Source: Octopus bimaculoides (lineage: Eukaryota). Taken from it: a stretch of 34,799 nucleotides of DNA. Below the pieces are notes generated by a model. It ran no database searches and was not told where the DNA came from. It worked only from the letters and a program-made list of their open reading frames with translations. The stretch's first letter is position 1; each line of letters starts with the position of its first letter. The stretch spans positions 61,099,217 through 61,134,015 of the forward strand of contig NC_068982.1 in the NCBI RefSeq assembly GCF_001194135.2, given 5' to 3'. Made by a program: the position numbers and the translations under genes. Below, piece by piece: positions 10,165 through 20,734 of the stretch.

Positions 10165-10222
10165 ACACACACACAAACACACTCGCACACACACACACAC
10201 AAACACCATGTACACACACACA

Positions 10223-10289
<67 letters not shown>
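10165..10289. repeat. (CA)n microsatellite, interrupted
   Basis: Seen directly. Confidence 0.95.
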
Positions 10290-10290
<1 letters not shown>

Positions 10291-10580
10291 ATCATGCATA
10301 TCTATAAATACACATACACAAACTTAAAAAAACACATATTCACAAACACAATATATGAAAAAAACACATGTATCTGTATTTTAATATGTATGCCTTGATT
10401 TTGCAGTTAATTCCATTTTGATAATATATTTCATATATATCCTTGCTTAAACCTTACCTTAGCCCTACTGAGCCATTCTTGTCTACTTTACATGGGATGT
10501 AGGTTCTTGATGAATTTGATGAATATTTGCATACACACAGAAACACATATGCCAGTAGAGATATATATATATACATACTT

Positions 10581-11080
10581 ATCATCATCATCATCATCTA
10601 ACATCCGTTTTCCATGTTGGTATGGGTTGGACGGTTAGACCAGAGCTGGCATGCTGGAAGGCTGCACTAGGCTCCAGTCTGATTTGGCATGGTTTCTACA
10701 GGTGGATGCCTTCCCTAATGCCAATCACTTTGTGCTGGGGTGCTTTTAAATGGCACTACACAGGCACTTTTGCATGGCACTGCTCAGGCGCTTTCATGTG
10801 GCACCACATGGGGGATTTTTACATGGCACAGCCACAAATGTTTTACACCACTAGCAGAATTGGTTGCTGCAGGGTACACGTCTTGTTGAGTAAGGCCAGG
10901 CACAAGGTATCTGGGTCCTTTTGCCATCTCACCTGAAAGGTTCAGGGCCATTCTTGAGTACTTCATCCCATGTTTTCTTGGGTTTCCCACTTCCACATGT
11001 TCCATCCACTTTGAAAGATTGCACTTCTTCATGGAGCTGTCGACATCCATCCACATCACATAACCAAACCAGCATAGTCT
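10581..11080 (-). mobile_element. RTE-type LINE 3' end (family C): ORF2 C-terminus, 3' UTR and (GAT)n tail
   Basis: Frameshifted translation RLCWFGYVMWMDVDSSMKKC...KVDGTCGSGKPKKTWDEVLKN matches the RTE pattern 'RLRWFGHV.RM...VEG...GRPRKTW.EV'. Confidence 0.85.
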
Positions 11081-11084
11081 TTTT

Positions 11085-11105
11085 TCTCTCTCTCTCTCTC
11101 TCTCT

Positions 11106-11142
<37 letters not shown>

Positions 11143-11153
11143 CACACACACAC

Positions 11154-11206
<53 letters not shown>
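11085..11206. repeat. Compound microsatellite (TC)n(AT)n(AC)n-CG-(TG)n
   Basis: Seen directly. Confidence 0.95.
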
Positions 11207-11208
<2 letters not shown>

Positions 11209-11508
11209 GGCAAGTGGCTTAGTGGTCAGGGTACGTGGCACATGATCATAAGGTCATGAGTTTGATTCCCAGTAGTGCGTCGTGTCCTTGAGCAAAATAC
11301 TTTATTTCTCATTGCTCCAATTCGCTCAGTAGGTAAATATGAAGTTTACCTGTAATTCAAAGGACCAGCCTTGTCCCACTGAATCTCACTGGGAACTATG
11401 CTATGGGTACACGTGTCTATAGAGTGCTCAGCTAATTGGGCATTAATTTCATGAGCAGGTTGGTCAAATCAACTGGAATCTTCATTGTTATAACCAACGG
11501 AGCGCCCA
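11206..11508 (+). mobile_element. tRNA-derived SINE family E (different head, 3' half shared with family A)
   Basis: TGGCTTAGTGG A box, GTTTGATTCCC B-box-like, GTGTCCTTGAGCAAAATACTTT core, then CCTGTAATTCAAAGG..CAGCCTTGTC..TTAATTTCATGAGCAGG..ATCAACTGGAA as in family A. Confidence 0.75.
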
Positions 11509-11724
11509 GGATATACATGTGTGGGTGTTAGTGAGTGTGTGTGTGTGTGTGTACTCACACACACTCACACCCACATGCTTTATATAGAGAAAATTGCATG
11601 TATGTTTTGAGAAAAGGTTGGCTATATGATAAGTACACACTATCCACACAGGCATAAATTAATAGAAGACAGTGAGATTACTAATCTCAAAGTGAATGTT
11701 ATATCAAACCAAACCAATGCAATA

Positions 11725-11765
<41 letters not shown>

Positions 11766-12779
11766 AGCTATTCTTTAATTTCCAGTGTTATTTTTGTACA
11801 GAAGTTAAGCAGGAAGAGTTAGGCAGCATGCCAGTGGATAGGAAATGAAGAAAAGAACTCCCAACTGCTCAAGCTGTAAGCCTATACCTCATCCATTTGG
11901 TCACTGAGACGCCACAGAATACATAACAAAAAGCTAGATATAATAGGAAATTTTTATTCAACTATTCCAGCCAGATTATCAAACGCTGTGTTTACCCTTT
12001 CGGATAAACTTGTTAAAACTTCTAAGAATATTCAATAAATGTTACATATATTATATCAAGGCTGTTTTTTTTTTTTTCTTGCTTTTTTTTTTTAACTATA
12101 CTGACCAGATTAGCTTAGCAAATTTTGCTTTTAGCTGTCCATTCAGATAAACATGCTGTAAATTTTAACATCCTACTTACTATAAATGTTTTATTATTTT
12201 TTTTACTTTACGTAATCCATAGCAGAAATGGTGTTATGTAACAGAAAAAAAAAAGAACTTGATTTTTTTTTATCAGGTAAATGAATGCATTTATGTTACA
12301 TTGTCTATGATATTTTCTATTGAAAGAGCTGGTTTAATATTTTTATGGCATTTAAAAGAGTATGTAACCTTTTGCTAATGTAATCAGCATACATCACTAT
12401 TTGGGTAGCTGTCTCAATGCCAATGATATAGTTGATTCATCCTAACTACTAATCTCTATGTTGGCTTCTTGAAATATAAGGTTGTTTTAAAGAATAGTAA
12501 GGAGGTCATTTCTCTGCACCGTTTCTAGTTATTGAGTAGCAATAACTGAACTCAATTCGACAAATTTACAACACTAACCCTGACGGTTGTAAGAACATTT
12601 AAAGAGTAGACTTACTATTCCATCATGTAGTGATTAATCTAAAGTTTATTGTTGTTTAATATGGCTTTATATGCTTTAAAGGTTTTTAGCTTATTCAGTG
12701 CAGGGTAATTTAGATCACTTGAGTTTCAGTAAAGAGACTTAGCTAAGTGTCCACATTTTGGCATAGTAAGTAAATTAGA

Positions 12780-12945
12780 AGAGCATCCAGCCACAGAACC
12801 TAAGCCAGACATGAAAATTATGAGAAAGATGTGGTTGTCCCAGCCATTTAAGAGAGCAGTAACTCTGATAAGGAACTGAATGTGATTTGTTCGAGTCACA
12901 TCAGTATGGAAAGGAAGAGGAGGTGGTGTGATGATGATGATGACA
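12780..12945 (+). mobile_element. Old family C (RTE) 3' tail remnant
   Basis: GCATCCAGCC..AGAA...CAGTATGGAAAG..(GAT)n resembles the reverse complement of family C. Confidence 0.45.
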
Positions 12946-14438
12946 GTTATTTTGTTTATATATATTTGTATGTATAAGCAGCTTCTAAACAGAGACTGAT
13001 TTTAGGATGGTACCGTTGATAGGACTTCTTGATGTTCACTGAACAACACAGCTATCACAAATATATGACTATTTTGCTACCCATTAAAAAAAATTTTTCT
13101 TTGTTAAATAAGTCATTAGTCAAATAGGCAAATCGTCAATCATTAGGACTCTTTTCTGACCCCTGATATGTCTCACCTTTTCTTTATCTCTTCCAGTGTT
13201 ACTGCAAAAGATCCTGCTCAACTGAACATGTTAATTGTATGCCATCTACATAAACACACATTAACCTTCCTTTTCTTTCATCAGCCTCAGCTGATGTACA
13301 AGTCATCTGAAACACTTCACTTAATCAACCCTTTACAAACTACAAATCATGCTTTCACTCCAGCAGATATTCAAACTAAGTATCTACGACGTTAGTCACA
13401 TCAATGCTTTCGTATCCATCCTGTTTAGAAGCTATGGATATTCTGTTGTTGTCGCTGCATAAATTAGGGTTGTAACAATGAATGACATCTCTCTTATAAC
13501 TTCATTCATTTAGTTGTTTTTTGGGGTTTTTTTGTAAAATTAATAGTTAGGAATGTAGTCTCTTCTGTCGCAGAGATTTCAAGAATTGTGACAGAGATGT
13601 TGATAGGACAAATATATCAACAGTTTAAATTTCTTTACTGTGAACATGAGAAGTTTCAGGTGAAAAACTTCCCAAGCTACTGTTAAGTCCCCAAAAGATA
13701 ACCAAAGATCACCCCAACAATATGCTCAAATTTACATCAACTTTATCTAAAGAAAATGCACATATAAGATGCCCAGGATGTTCATTGGGATATTATACCA
13801 ACATACTTACTCCTACACGTATGGATTAGAACAAATATACACCTGCATTTGAATACAACTAGATTTGTCTATATATGTAAATATACATGCATGTAGATAT
13901 GCAAATATAAAACTGTGCATGCTATTATGCACAGAGTTATACATAGACATATAAATATATTTACACACACACACATATATAAATGTGTTTATGAATGGTT
14001 TATGTAGGAATTACTTAATCTCTAGGTTCTGAAGAAATAAGAAAGATTACAAGTAAGATGGCAGATTATGTTAGTTTATGAAAAATAGATTAACTTATTA
14101 AACAAGTGAGGTTGTGGGAGATAAGGTGGTACAACATAGGTGCTTATATACTGGTGAGAATAAACTGAAAGTGGCATTTCATGAATGGAAACATATACAA
14201 CACAAGGAGTACATGCTACTCTATATTCTATAGAGGAAAATGCAGAAGTTGGTGCATATATGCGGTAGTTTTTGAAGTTGCAGCTTGTGTAAAGATTAAG
14301 AGTTATCTGGACACATATAGCATACTTGATAAGTTAATTAGTCGTAGCTCAGTTGGGTCAAGATTTGTATCGGATCTCATAATTACTAAATATTAATAAA
14401 TATTATCAGAAATTAAACTGTCTGTCAGGCTGTCTGCT

Positions 14439-14444
<6 letters not shown>

Positions 14445-14487
<43 letters not shown>

Positions 14488-14490
14488 TTT

Positions 14491-14535
<45 letters not shown>

Positions 14536-14536
14536 T

Positions 14537-14571
<35 letters not shown>

Positions 14572-14588
14572 TTCTCTCTCCCTCTCTC
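14445..14588. repeat. (TC)n/(CT)n pyrimidine microsatellite
   Basis: Seen directly. Confidence 0.95.
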
Positions 14589-14689
14589 ACATGTACGCCT
14601 CCATGCAAGGCATATATATATGTGTGTGTGTGTTTGTATACACACATACATGTAAGGCCCAAGCATGACTGTAGACACAAGCATGGTTA

Positions 14690-14850
14690 TGTATGCATCC
14701 ATGATTGGGTGGTTTAGAAGTTCATTTCCTAACCACATGGTCCTGTGTTCAATTCCACTGCACAACATCTTGAGCAAGTGTCTTCTACTAAAACCCTGGG
14801 TCAGCCAAAAGCTTGTAAGTGGATTTAGTGGACAGAAACTGATAGAATAT
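14690..14850 (+). mobile_element. SINE family B 5' half, diverged
   Basis: CCTAACCACATGGTCCTGTGTTCAATTCCACTG..CTTGAGCAAGTGTCTTCTAC. Confidence 0.7.
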
Positions 14851-14873
14851 GTGTGTCTAACAACTTATATATA

Positions 14874-14906
<33 letters not shown>

Positions 14907-15289
14907 ATATATATATGCATATATATACACTTACAAACATTGTTCTCACAAAGAAGAGTTGTAGTATTAATCAGTCTAAAGTGAGCAAATATTTGAGTTG
15001 TATGCTGTAATGGAATCATTCAATAACAAAGGCAGTCAACTAATCTTCAGTCTTTATATATTCTATTATTCTTAAAATCATATCTGCCAACGTACCATGA
15101 GGAACATCTACAAAGACATAACATAATTAATTAAACATTTATGAACTTCAAATATAAGGGAATATTTACCCTTTTCTACCAATATTGGTAGTCAATTACA
15201 TCAATGACAAACTGGTATTGTCTCAAACAATTTGTGATGCTCTTGTGATCATGATGCCATCACAATGTTCAGTGCTTGCTATGTAGTAG

Positions 15290-15455
15290 CATGTGGGCCC
15301 CAATGACCCTGAGAGCTATGCTAATGGAGTGCAAGCACCTTGTAGGACCTCTTATATTGGAAAGGTTGGAGGATAGAAACTAGACTGATATGGATGACCT
15401 CTTCCCAAAGATAAAAATGGGTTTGCAAAAGGCCAACATCCCTACCTAGAAGAAA
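15290..15455 (+). mobile_element. Possible decayed RTE-type LINE 5' region
   Basis: CCCCAATGACCCTGAGAGCTATGCT resembles RTE 5' regions as I recall them; no ORF support. Confidence 0.3.
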
Positions 15456-15471
15456 GCAAACTAATAAAAAT

Positions 15472-15632
15472 AGGCACAAGCATGGCTGAGAGGTAAGATG
15501 TTTGCTTCCCAACCACATGGTTCTGGATCCAACTCATTGCATGACACTTTGGGCAAGTGTCTTCTACTATTGCCTTGGGCTGACCAAAGCTTTGTGAGGG
15601 GATTTGGTAGACGGAAACTGAAAGAAGCCTAT
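15472..15632 (+). mobile_element. SINE family B 5' half
   Basis: AGGCACAAGCATGGCTGAGAGGTAAG head, CTTTGGGCAAGTGTCTTCTAC, GACGGAAACTGAAAGAAGCC. Confidence 0.75.
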
Positions 15633-15770
15633 CATATATATATATATATATTAGATAATTAAACAAATGGTTTACACCTGGTAACTTACTGGTAAAGTAC
15701 AGTCACTTTCACATGTCCATTATGTATATGGTAAATAAAAAACGGAAGATGGAATATACGAGAATTTATT

Positions 15771-15881
15771 ATTAATCACAACAATCATTTTGACACATCT
15801 AGCAGCAATCCCTTACAAGTAAGACACTTAACTGGTTCAGGAGCATCCAGCAGTGCAGATGTGTCTCATCAGGTGATAAAT
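15771..15881 (-). ncRNA. Degenerate type I hammerhead ribozyme in the PLE pLTR (probably inactive)
   Basis: ATTTATCAC-CTGATGA-GACACATCT..AGATGTGTC-AAAA(=GAAA)-TGATTG-TT-GTGATTAAT; perfect 9-bp stem II, stem I 8/9; inferred consensus GAAACGATCGTC differs only at CpG positions. Confidence 0.7.
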
Positions 15882-16279
15882 AGATACAACACATTAAAAT
15901 AACAGTTCCGTAATGTATATTTTCATTTCGTAGAAAGAAAAGCAGCAAAAGACAGGAAATATCTTCATTTACATAGAAGATCAAAAATAAAATCACACAT
16001 GCAAAAAAGAAACAAACACACAATACAACAAGAAAAGTATTAAAAATAACCGTTAATAAATATGGATGTATAAACACCCTTGCACAAGCTGCATGGCACG
16101 TGTACACTCCCTCATACAAGCATCTGCGAAAATGTAAGCATATGCACACATGTGGTTTGGTGCACCCACAATCACAGAGTGAGTTAAATAGCCACCTGGT
16201 GTTTATAAAAATGGGGAGGTTAAAACTAAACTTAATTCATCCATACCTTAAAGTAAATTATGTTAATGGTTACTTAAAT

Positions 16280-16689
16280 TCATTCCCACTGCATTGTGCA
16301 AAAGTACATTTATATGCATGCAGGCATCTTGAGAGTCTTTCAGAAATCCTATTAATGATCTTTTCATTGGTCCACAGAATAGACAGGGGTTCCTTGGAAC
16401 AGAGTTGGCATCTCCTGGAAATGATACTGTATTGTTTCATGTGCCTTACTATGGACTAAGTTACAACTTAATTATGGATTCTCTTAAAGCTGGCGACATG
16501 GTTACACTAACAATTCTTAAATGAATCAGCCATCTGCCCAATGTAAACATACAATTCTCCCCTTGTGTGAATGGTACATTTATATACAAGATTTGTATTC
16601 ATAAAGAGGTTCATCAATGGGCATTTTGATTTATCTCTGTTATAAGCATTTGTCATATCTATTTGTATACATGGCAGTTCTGACTCCAT
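16280..16689 (-). pseudogene. GIY-YIG endonuclease domain of the Penelope-like element (in-frame stops, frameshift)
   Basis: 'NLVYKCTI...YVYIG' (GIY-YIG), 'SFK.[R]..NH..SF', and C-terminal CxxC...C.H typical of PLE endonucleases. Confidence 0.8.
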
Positions 16690-16711
16690 TTTCCAATGTT
16701 GTTACATGTAC

Positions 16712-17122
16712 TATAGGGCTTTCCTATAAGTAGGTTATACCCCTTGGCTAGGCAGCGCTCCATGTAGACAATTAAACTTCCGCAGACTATCCACGCTATT
16801 GTTATTGTTTTACGTCTTATCATGGTTATAAAGCAGGTCGATGATTTAGCTATCGAAGTACTTACTGTGCCTGAGTTAAAGAAATATTTAAGATTATATG
16901 GACAGTATGTTACTGGAAGAAAGGCGGACTTGACTGAAAGGTTGAAAGGTATAAAAATTCTGTCGATGAAGAATGTCAACAAAGTAAATTCATCGGACGA
17001 TAAGTCTGAAGTATCGGACGATACTTCAGACAGGAATAAGCAGAAGCTTATATCTCCTCTCAGTGTCTACATGGAGCGCCGCCTATCCAAGGGAGATAAC
17101 CTACTTATAGGAAAGCCCTATA
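16712..17122 (+). mobile_element. 411-bp non-autonomous DNA transposon (59-bp TIRs, probable TA TSD) nested in the PLE and carrying a SAP-domain ORF fragment
   Basis: TIRs 16712-16770 and 17064-17122 match at 55/59; ends TATAGGGC...GCCCTATA; it interrupts the PLE coding region between RT and endonuclease. Confidence 0.85.
16822..17063 (+). pseudogene. Truncated ORF with an N-terminal SAP DNA-binding motif (16861-16944)
   Basis: LTVPELKKYLRLYGQYVTGRKADLTERL fits the SAP pattern L.V.ELK..L...G....G.K..L..RL; the ORF runs into the right TIR. Confidence 0.75.
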
Positions 17123-17199
17123 TCATAAGCATTTGTACTATTACAATTTTGGACACAATTGGGGCTTTACATTGTGGTTTACATCTCCTTTGTTGGTAT

Positions 17200-17700
17200 T
17201 TAGTTGCATATGTCCACTAGATCAGGTAGGTGGGTTATTGAACCTTTGTCGCATTTTACTATGCAATGCATAAGCTGCTCTAAATTAGCAGAGTTAGCAT
17301 AGGATACCTTCATGGTGTGCCAATTAAAAATAGCATGATATCGATAAAATTTAGGAAAACATTTATCAAAAGTGGCAAAAATTTTTCCAGTAATCTTGGC
17401 TGAAACATGCAAACCGAAAATTGGGTTGAACCAGAGGACATCCTGATTTCTATATCTGTTGTTTAGATTAATGCATCTAGTGTGTTGTACAGGATTGGAA
17501 TAATTTACAGTGTTACAAGCAGCTGGAATACTATGTTGCATGTGTCTATGAGTTTTCATTGGTAGTTCATTGTCTTGACCAATTCTTCCTGGCCTGTATT
17601 CTCTGAGTGAGTTCTCATACCGTGATGTTGTGATGGTGTACAATGTGCATTACTATTGGAGAAATTACCAATGTTGTGTATGCCTGTTTCTTGTATATAT
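17200..17700 (-). pseudogene. RT C-terminal/thumb-linker region of the Penelope-like element
   Basis: 'WFNP.F...V...I..K.F...DK.FPK....H.IFN..T.KVSY' pattern characteristic of PLE polyproteins. Confidence 0.8.
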
Positions 17701-18019
17701 TGAATTTTTTTCACGTTACCCAGCCCTAGGTAAAGCAGCTTTATAATAAGTTGCATGTGATGCGAAAATTTTATTAGCAGATAATCTAGAAATTCTTGTA
17801 GAAATATTAACTAGTCCCCATATTATCAAGAGTGGGTGGTTGGATGCTACATTTATGTACTTAATATGAACATTTGGCTTATGAAATGATTCAAATAATC
17901 CAGTATCAAGACAGAAGGTAGTGTCAAGAAAATTTACACTGTATTGCTAGATGTGTCAAAACGATTATTGTGATTAATGATAAATTCTTGTATACTCCAT
18001 CTTCTGTCTTTCGTTTACT

Positions 18020-18236
18020 ATCATCATCATCATCATCGTTTAACGTCCACCTTCCATGCTAGCATGGGTTGGACGATTTGACTGAGGACTGGTGAAACCG
18101 GATGGCAACACCAGGCTCCAATCTAATTTGGCAGAGTTTCTACAGCTGGATGCCCTTCCTAACGCCAACCACTCAGAGAGTGTAGTGGGTGCTTTTACGT
18201 GTCATCCGCACGAAAACGGCCACGCTCGAAATGGTG

Positions 18237-18243
<7 letters not shown>
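18020..18243 (-). mobile_element. RTE family C 3' UTR with (GAT)n tail
   Basis: Near-identical to 3200-3420. Confidence 0.8.
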
Positions 18244-18277
<34 letters not shown>

Positions 18278-18278
18278 A

Positions 18279-18485
18279 ACATGTGTGTGTGTGTTTTTGT
18301 GTTGGTGTTTGTCCCACCACCACCACCACTTGACAAACAATGTTCATGTGTTTATGTCACTGTAACTTAGCAGTTCAGCAAAAGAGACTGATAGAATAAA
18401 TACCAGGCTTTAAAAGAAAATAAGTAAAAAGAAAATAAGTCATTCAACTAAAAATTCCTCAAGGCAGAAGTGCCCCAGCATGGCC
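18279..18485 (+). mobile_element. SINE family B 3' half
   Basis: (TG)n-TTTGTCCC..GACAAAC..GTAACTTAGCAGTTCAGCAAAAGAGACTGATAGAATAA..GTGCCCCAGCATGGCC. Confidence 0.7.
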
Positions 18486-18644
18486 AACAAGACCTGGGAG
18501 AGGAAAAGACAGTCTAGAATTGAGAACATTGGAGAAAAGTCATCGATAGCTTATGCTTCCATGCTTCATAGAGAGTTATGCTTGGTAAGTTATGATCATG
18601 ATGAGTTTCAATAAACTACAGAGGTCCAACACTTAACTATGAAT

Positions 18645-18878
18645 AAGGTGGTGAGTTGGCAGAATCATTAGCACACTGGGCAAAATGTTTAGTAGCATTT
18701 CAGCTGTCTTTATGTTCTGAGTTCAAATTCTGCCAATGTCATCTTTGCCATTTATCCTTTTCTGTTTTTTTTTGGGGGGGGGGGGGATAAAAATAGATAC
18801 CAGTTGAGCACTGGAGTTGATGTAATAGCCTTATCCCCTCCCCTGAAATTACCGGCCCTGTGCCAAAATTTGAAATCA
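18645..18878 (+). mobile_element. tRNA-derived SINE family D
   Basis: AGGTGGTGAGTTGGCAGAATCATTAG head, GAGTTCAAATTC (B-box-like), tail GTGCCAAAATTTGAAATC shared with 33834-33995. Confidence 0.7.
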
Positions 18879-19559
18879 AAACTATGAATTCAAATATGTT
18901 AATTGGATAAGAAGTGAATATCTACCTGTATACAATGTCAATTTATTACATGTCATGTTCTTACAAGAACTGCTAGAAATTTCGCTTGGTTAGGTGAACA
19001 GAGAATGTCTCTACTCAGACACAGAAGGAGACTTACAGCTAATCATCATCCAACATCCTTAGTGATTTTACTTCATTCTACTACAACAATCGACAGCATT
19101 AATACTTGCAATCTGATATGTTGAAGAAAGACAACAATACATCTGTCGGACACTTATTTAATTTTGTCATGATTAATTGTAATATATTTTTCTCATAAAT
19201 TTAATATAATGGGAAAGCAAGAATGTATCAAAATTAGATTTTAAAATATCTAATAAAATTAAGGAATTAAAAAACAAGACAAAATAACAAAGTGAGAAAA
19301 TGTCTCATAACCTATATATATACTTATTGTTTTATCTTACTTGAAAATAAAATTTGGAAAGTTTTTTTAATTAATTTTTTTTTTTCATTTGACTGTTTCA
19401 AAATAAAATCTATAATATCTAAATCAAAGAGTTATGATGTGAATACTGATGTAATATTTAAGGAAAGAAATATTTTTCATCTAGGAAAGGGTGTTAAACT
19501 TTGACCAAATATGATTAAACACTTTCACCTATTACCATGTTGAATTCTACAATATTCAG

Positions 19560-19830
19560 ATAACAATACTGGCTTACATTCCAAGTAGTGAAACCATCTT
19601 CTAAAAACCATACTTAGAAGGATAGACTTGTAATCATTTTCCCATTTTCTTTTGACATGTTTGGGTCAATTGCTCATCTACAGCTTGAAAATGAGAACTG
19701 AGCCAAGAATATCAACCACAGATTATTCAATACTAATTCTTATATCTCACTGATAACTTTTGGAACTCCTTTCCAGTGCATTGTCTCCATGAAGCAATTT
19801 TTCTTTTAAGTGTTAAGAAATTATAATTTA
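19560..19830 (+). mobile_element. Possible very old CR1/L2-type LINE C-terminal remnant
   Basis: Frame reading FWNSFPVHCLHE resembles 'LWNSLP.HCFP'; upstream 'NCSS'. Confidence 0.3.
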
Positions 19831-20348
19831 TTTTGTCTTTTGTAAAACACAACTCCAGCTTGTCTTAAAGTCATGCTAATCAGCAAAACCTAAGCCTTTG
19901 TAGATTTTTCCTAATGTAACTAATTTATAATGAAGAATTATTTTTAATCAATTTCATTCCCAAATGTTCATTTTACTCTATGGATATTTTGTTTTGCTGT
20001 TTTCTTTTATGGGGTAAAAAGTTATAGAAGTGACTGAAGAAGATCTCTTACTTCATTATTTAGACTAAAAATTTTGCTAAATACCAGTGTAAATTTCATC
20101 TTTGAAAATGAAGCAAAATAGACACAGGCATGACTGTATAGTTAAGAAGTTTGCCTCACAACCATGTGATTTAGGTTTCAATTCTACTGCCTAAAAAAGT
20201 AAAATAATAGAGACAAGATAACAACAGTGGGGACACCCATAGTTTATAGGTTTATTCAATCAGGGCTAATCTGGAGTTAAATAACAACTCTAACCAGGTA
20301 ACATGCTTATCCTATCTGCTTGTAATTCTTTTGTGTTTATATCAATAA

Positions 20349-20734
20349 GTGGAGGTGCATTGGCCTAGTGTTTAGGGCAGCGGACTCGCGGTCATAGGAT
20401 CGCAGTTTTGATTCCCAGACCGGGCGTTGTGAGTGTTTATTGAGCGAAAACACCTAAAAGCTCCACGATGCTCTGGCAGGGGATGGTGGCGAACCCTGCT
20501 GTACTCTTTCACCACAACTTTCTCTCACTCTTTCTTCCTGTTTCTATTGTGCCTGTAATTCAAAGGGTCAGCCTTGTCACACTGTGTCACGCTGGATATC
20601 CCCGAGAACTACGTTAAGGGTACACGTGTCTGTGGAATGCTCAACCACTTGCACGTTAATTTCACGAGCAGGCTGTTCCGTTGATCGGATCAACTGGAAC
20701 CCTCTACGTCGTAAGCGACAGAATGCCAACAACA
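20349..20734 (+). mobile_element. tRNA-derived SINE family A, full length
   Basis: Collinear with 6406-6784; perfect 10-bp TSD ATATCAATAA at 20339-20348 and 20735-20744. Confidence 0.9.

Larger units (their letters stand above)
15729..18020 (-). mobile_element. 5'-truncated, decayed Penelope-like retroelement (RT C-terminal region, GIY-YIG endonuclease, 3' pLTR) with an inverted pLTR piece at its 5' end
   Basis: Minus-strand fragments YENSLREY, DVLWFNPIFG..FDKCFPK..AIFNWHTMKVSY, KSKCPL..NLVYKCTI..YVYIGQ..SFKN..NHVASF, RRCQLCSKE..IINRISERLSRCLH. 76-bp inverted repeats 15729-15804 / 17945-18020 match at 66/76, all mismatches transitions. Confidence 0.85.

Noticed and set aside
11802-11875. Exon-like segment (CAG|..VKQEEL..|GTAAG)
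   Set aside because: All three frames contain stops.
13197-13395. Two strong plus-strand acceptor-like tracts with short open frames
   Set aside because: The implied intron would be only ~48 nt and the peptides resemble nothing I recognise.
13811-13842. Candidate 32-nt minus-strand UTR exon ending in GTAAGTAT
   Set aside because: The acceptor is weak, and such donors occur by chance in 35 kb; it needs transcript data.
16641-17136. 12-bp repeat ATAAGCATTTGT on both sides of the SAP element
   Set aside because: It is not directly adjacent to both TIRs, so it is not a TSD; more likely an internal repeat in the PLE linker or chance.
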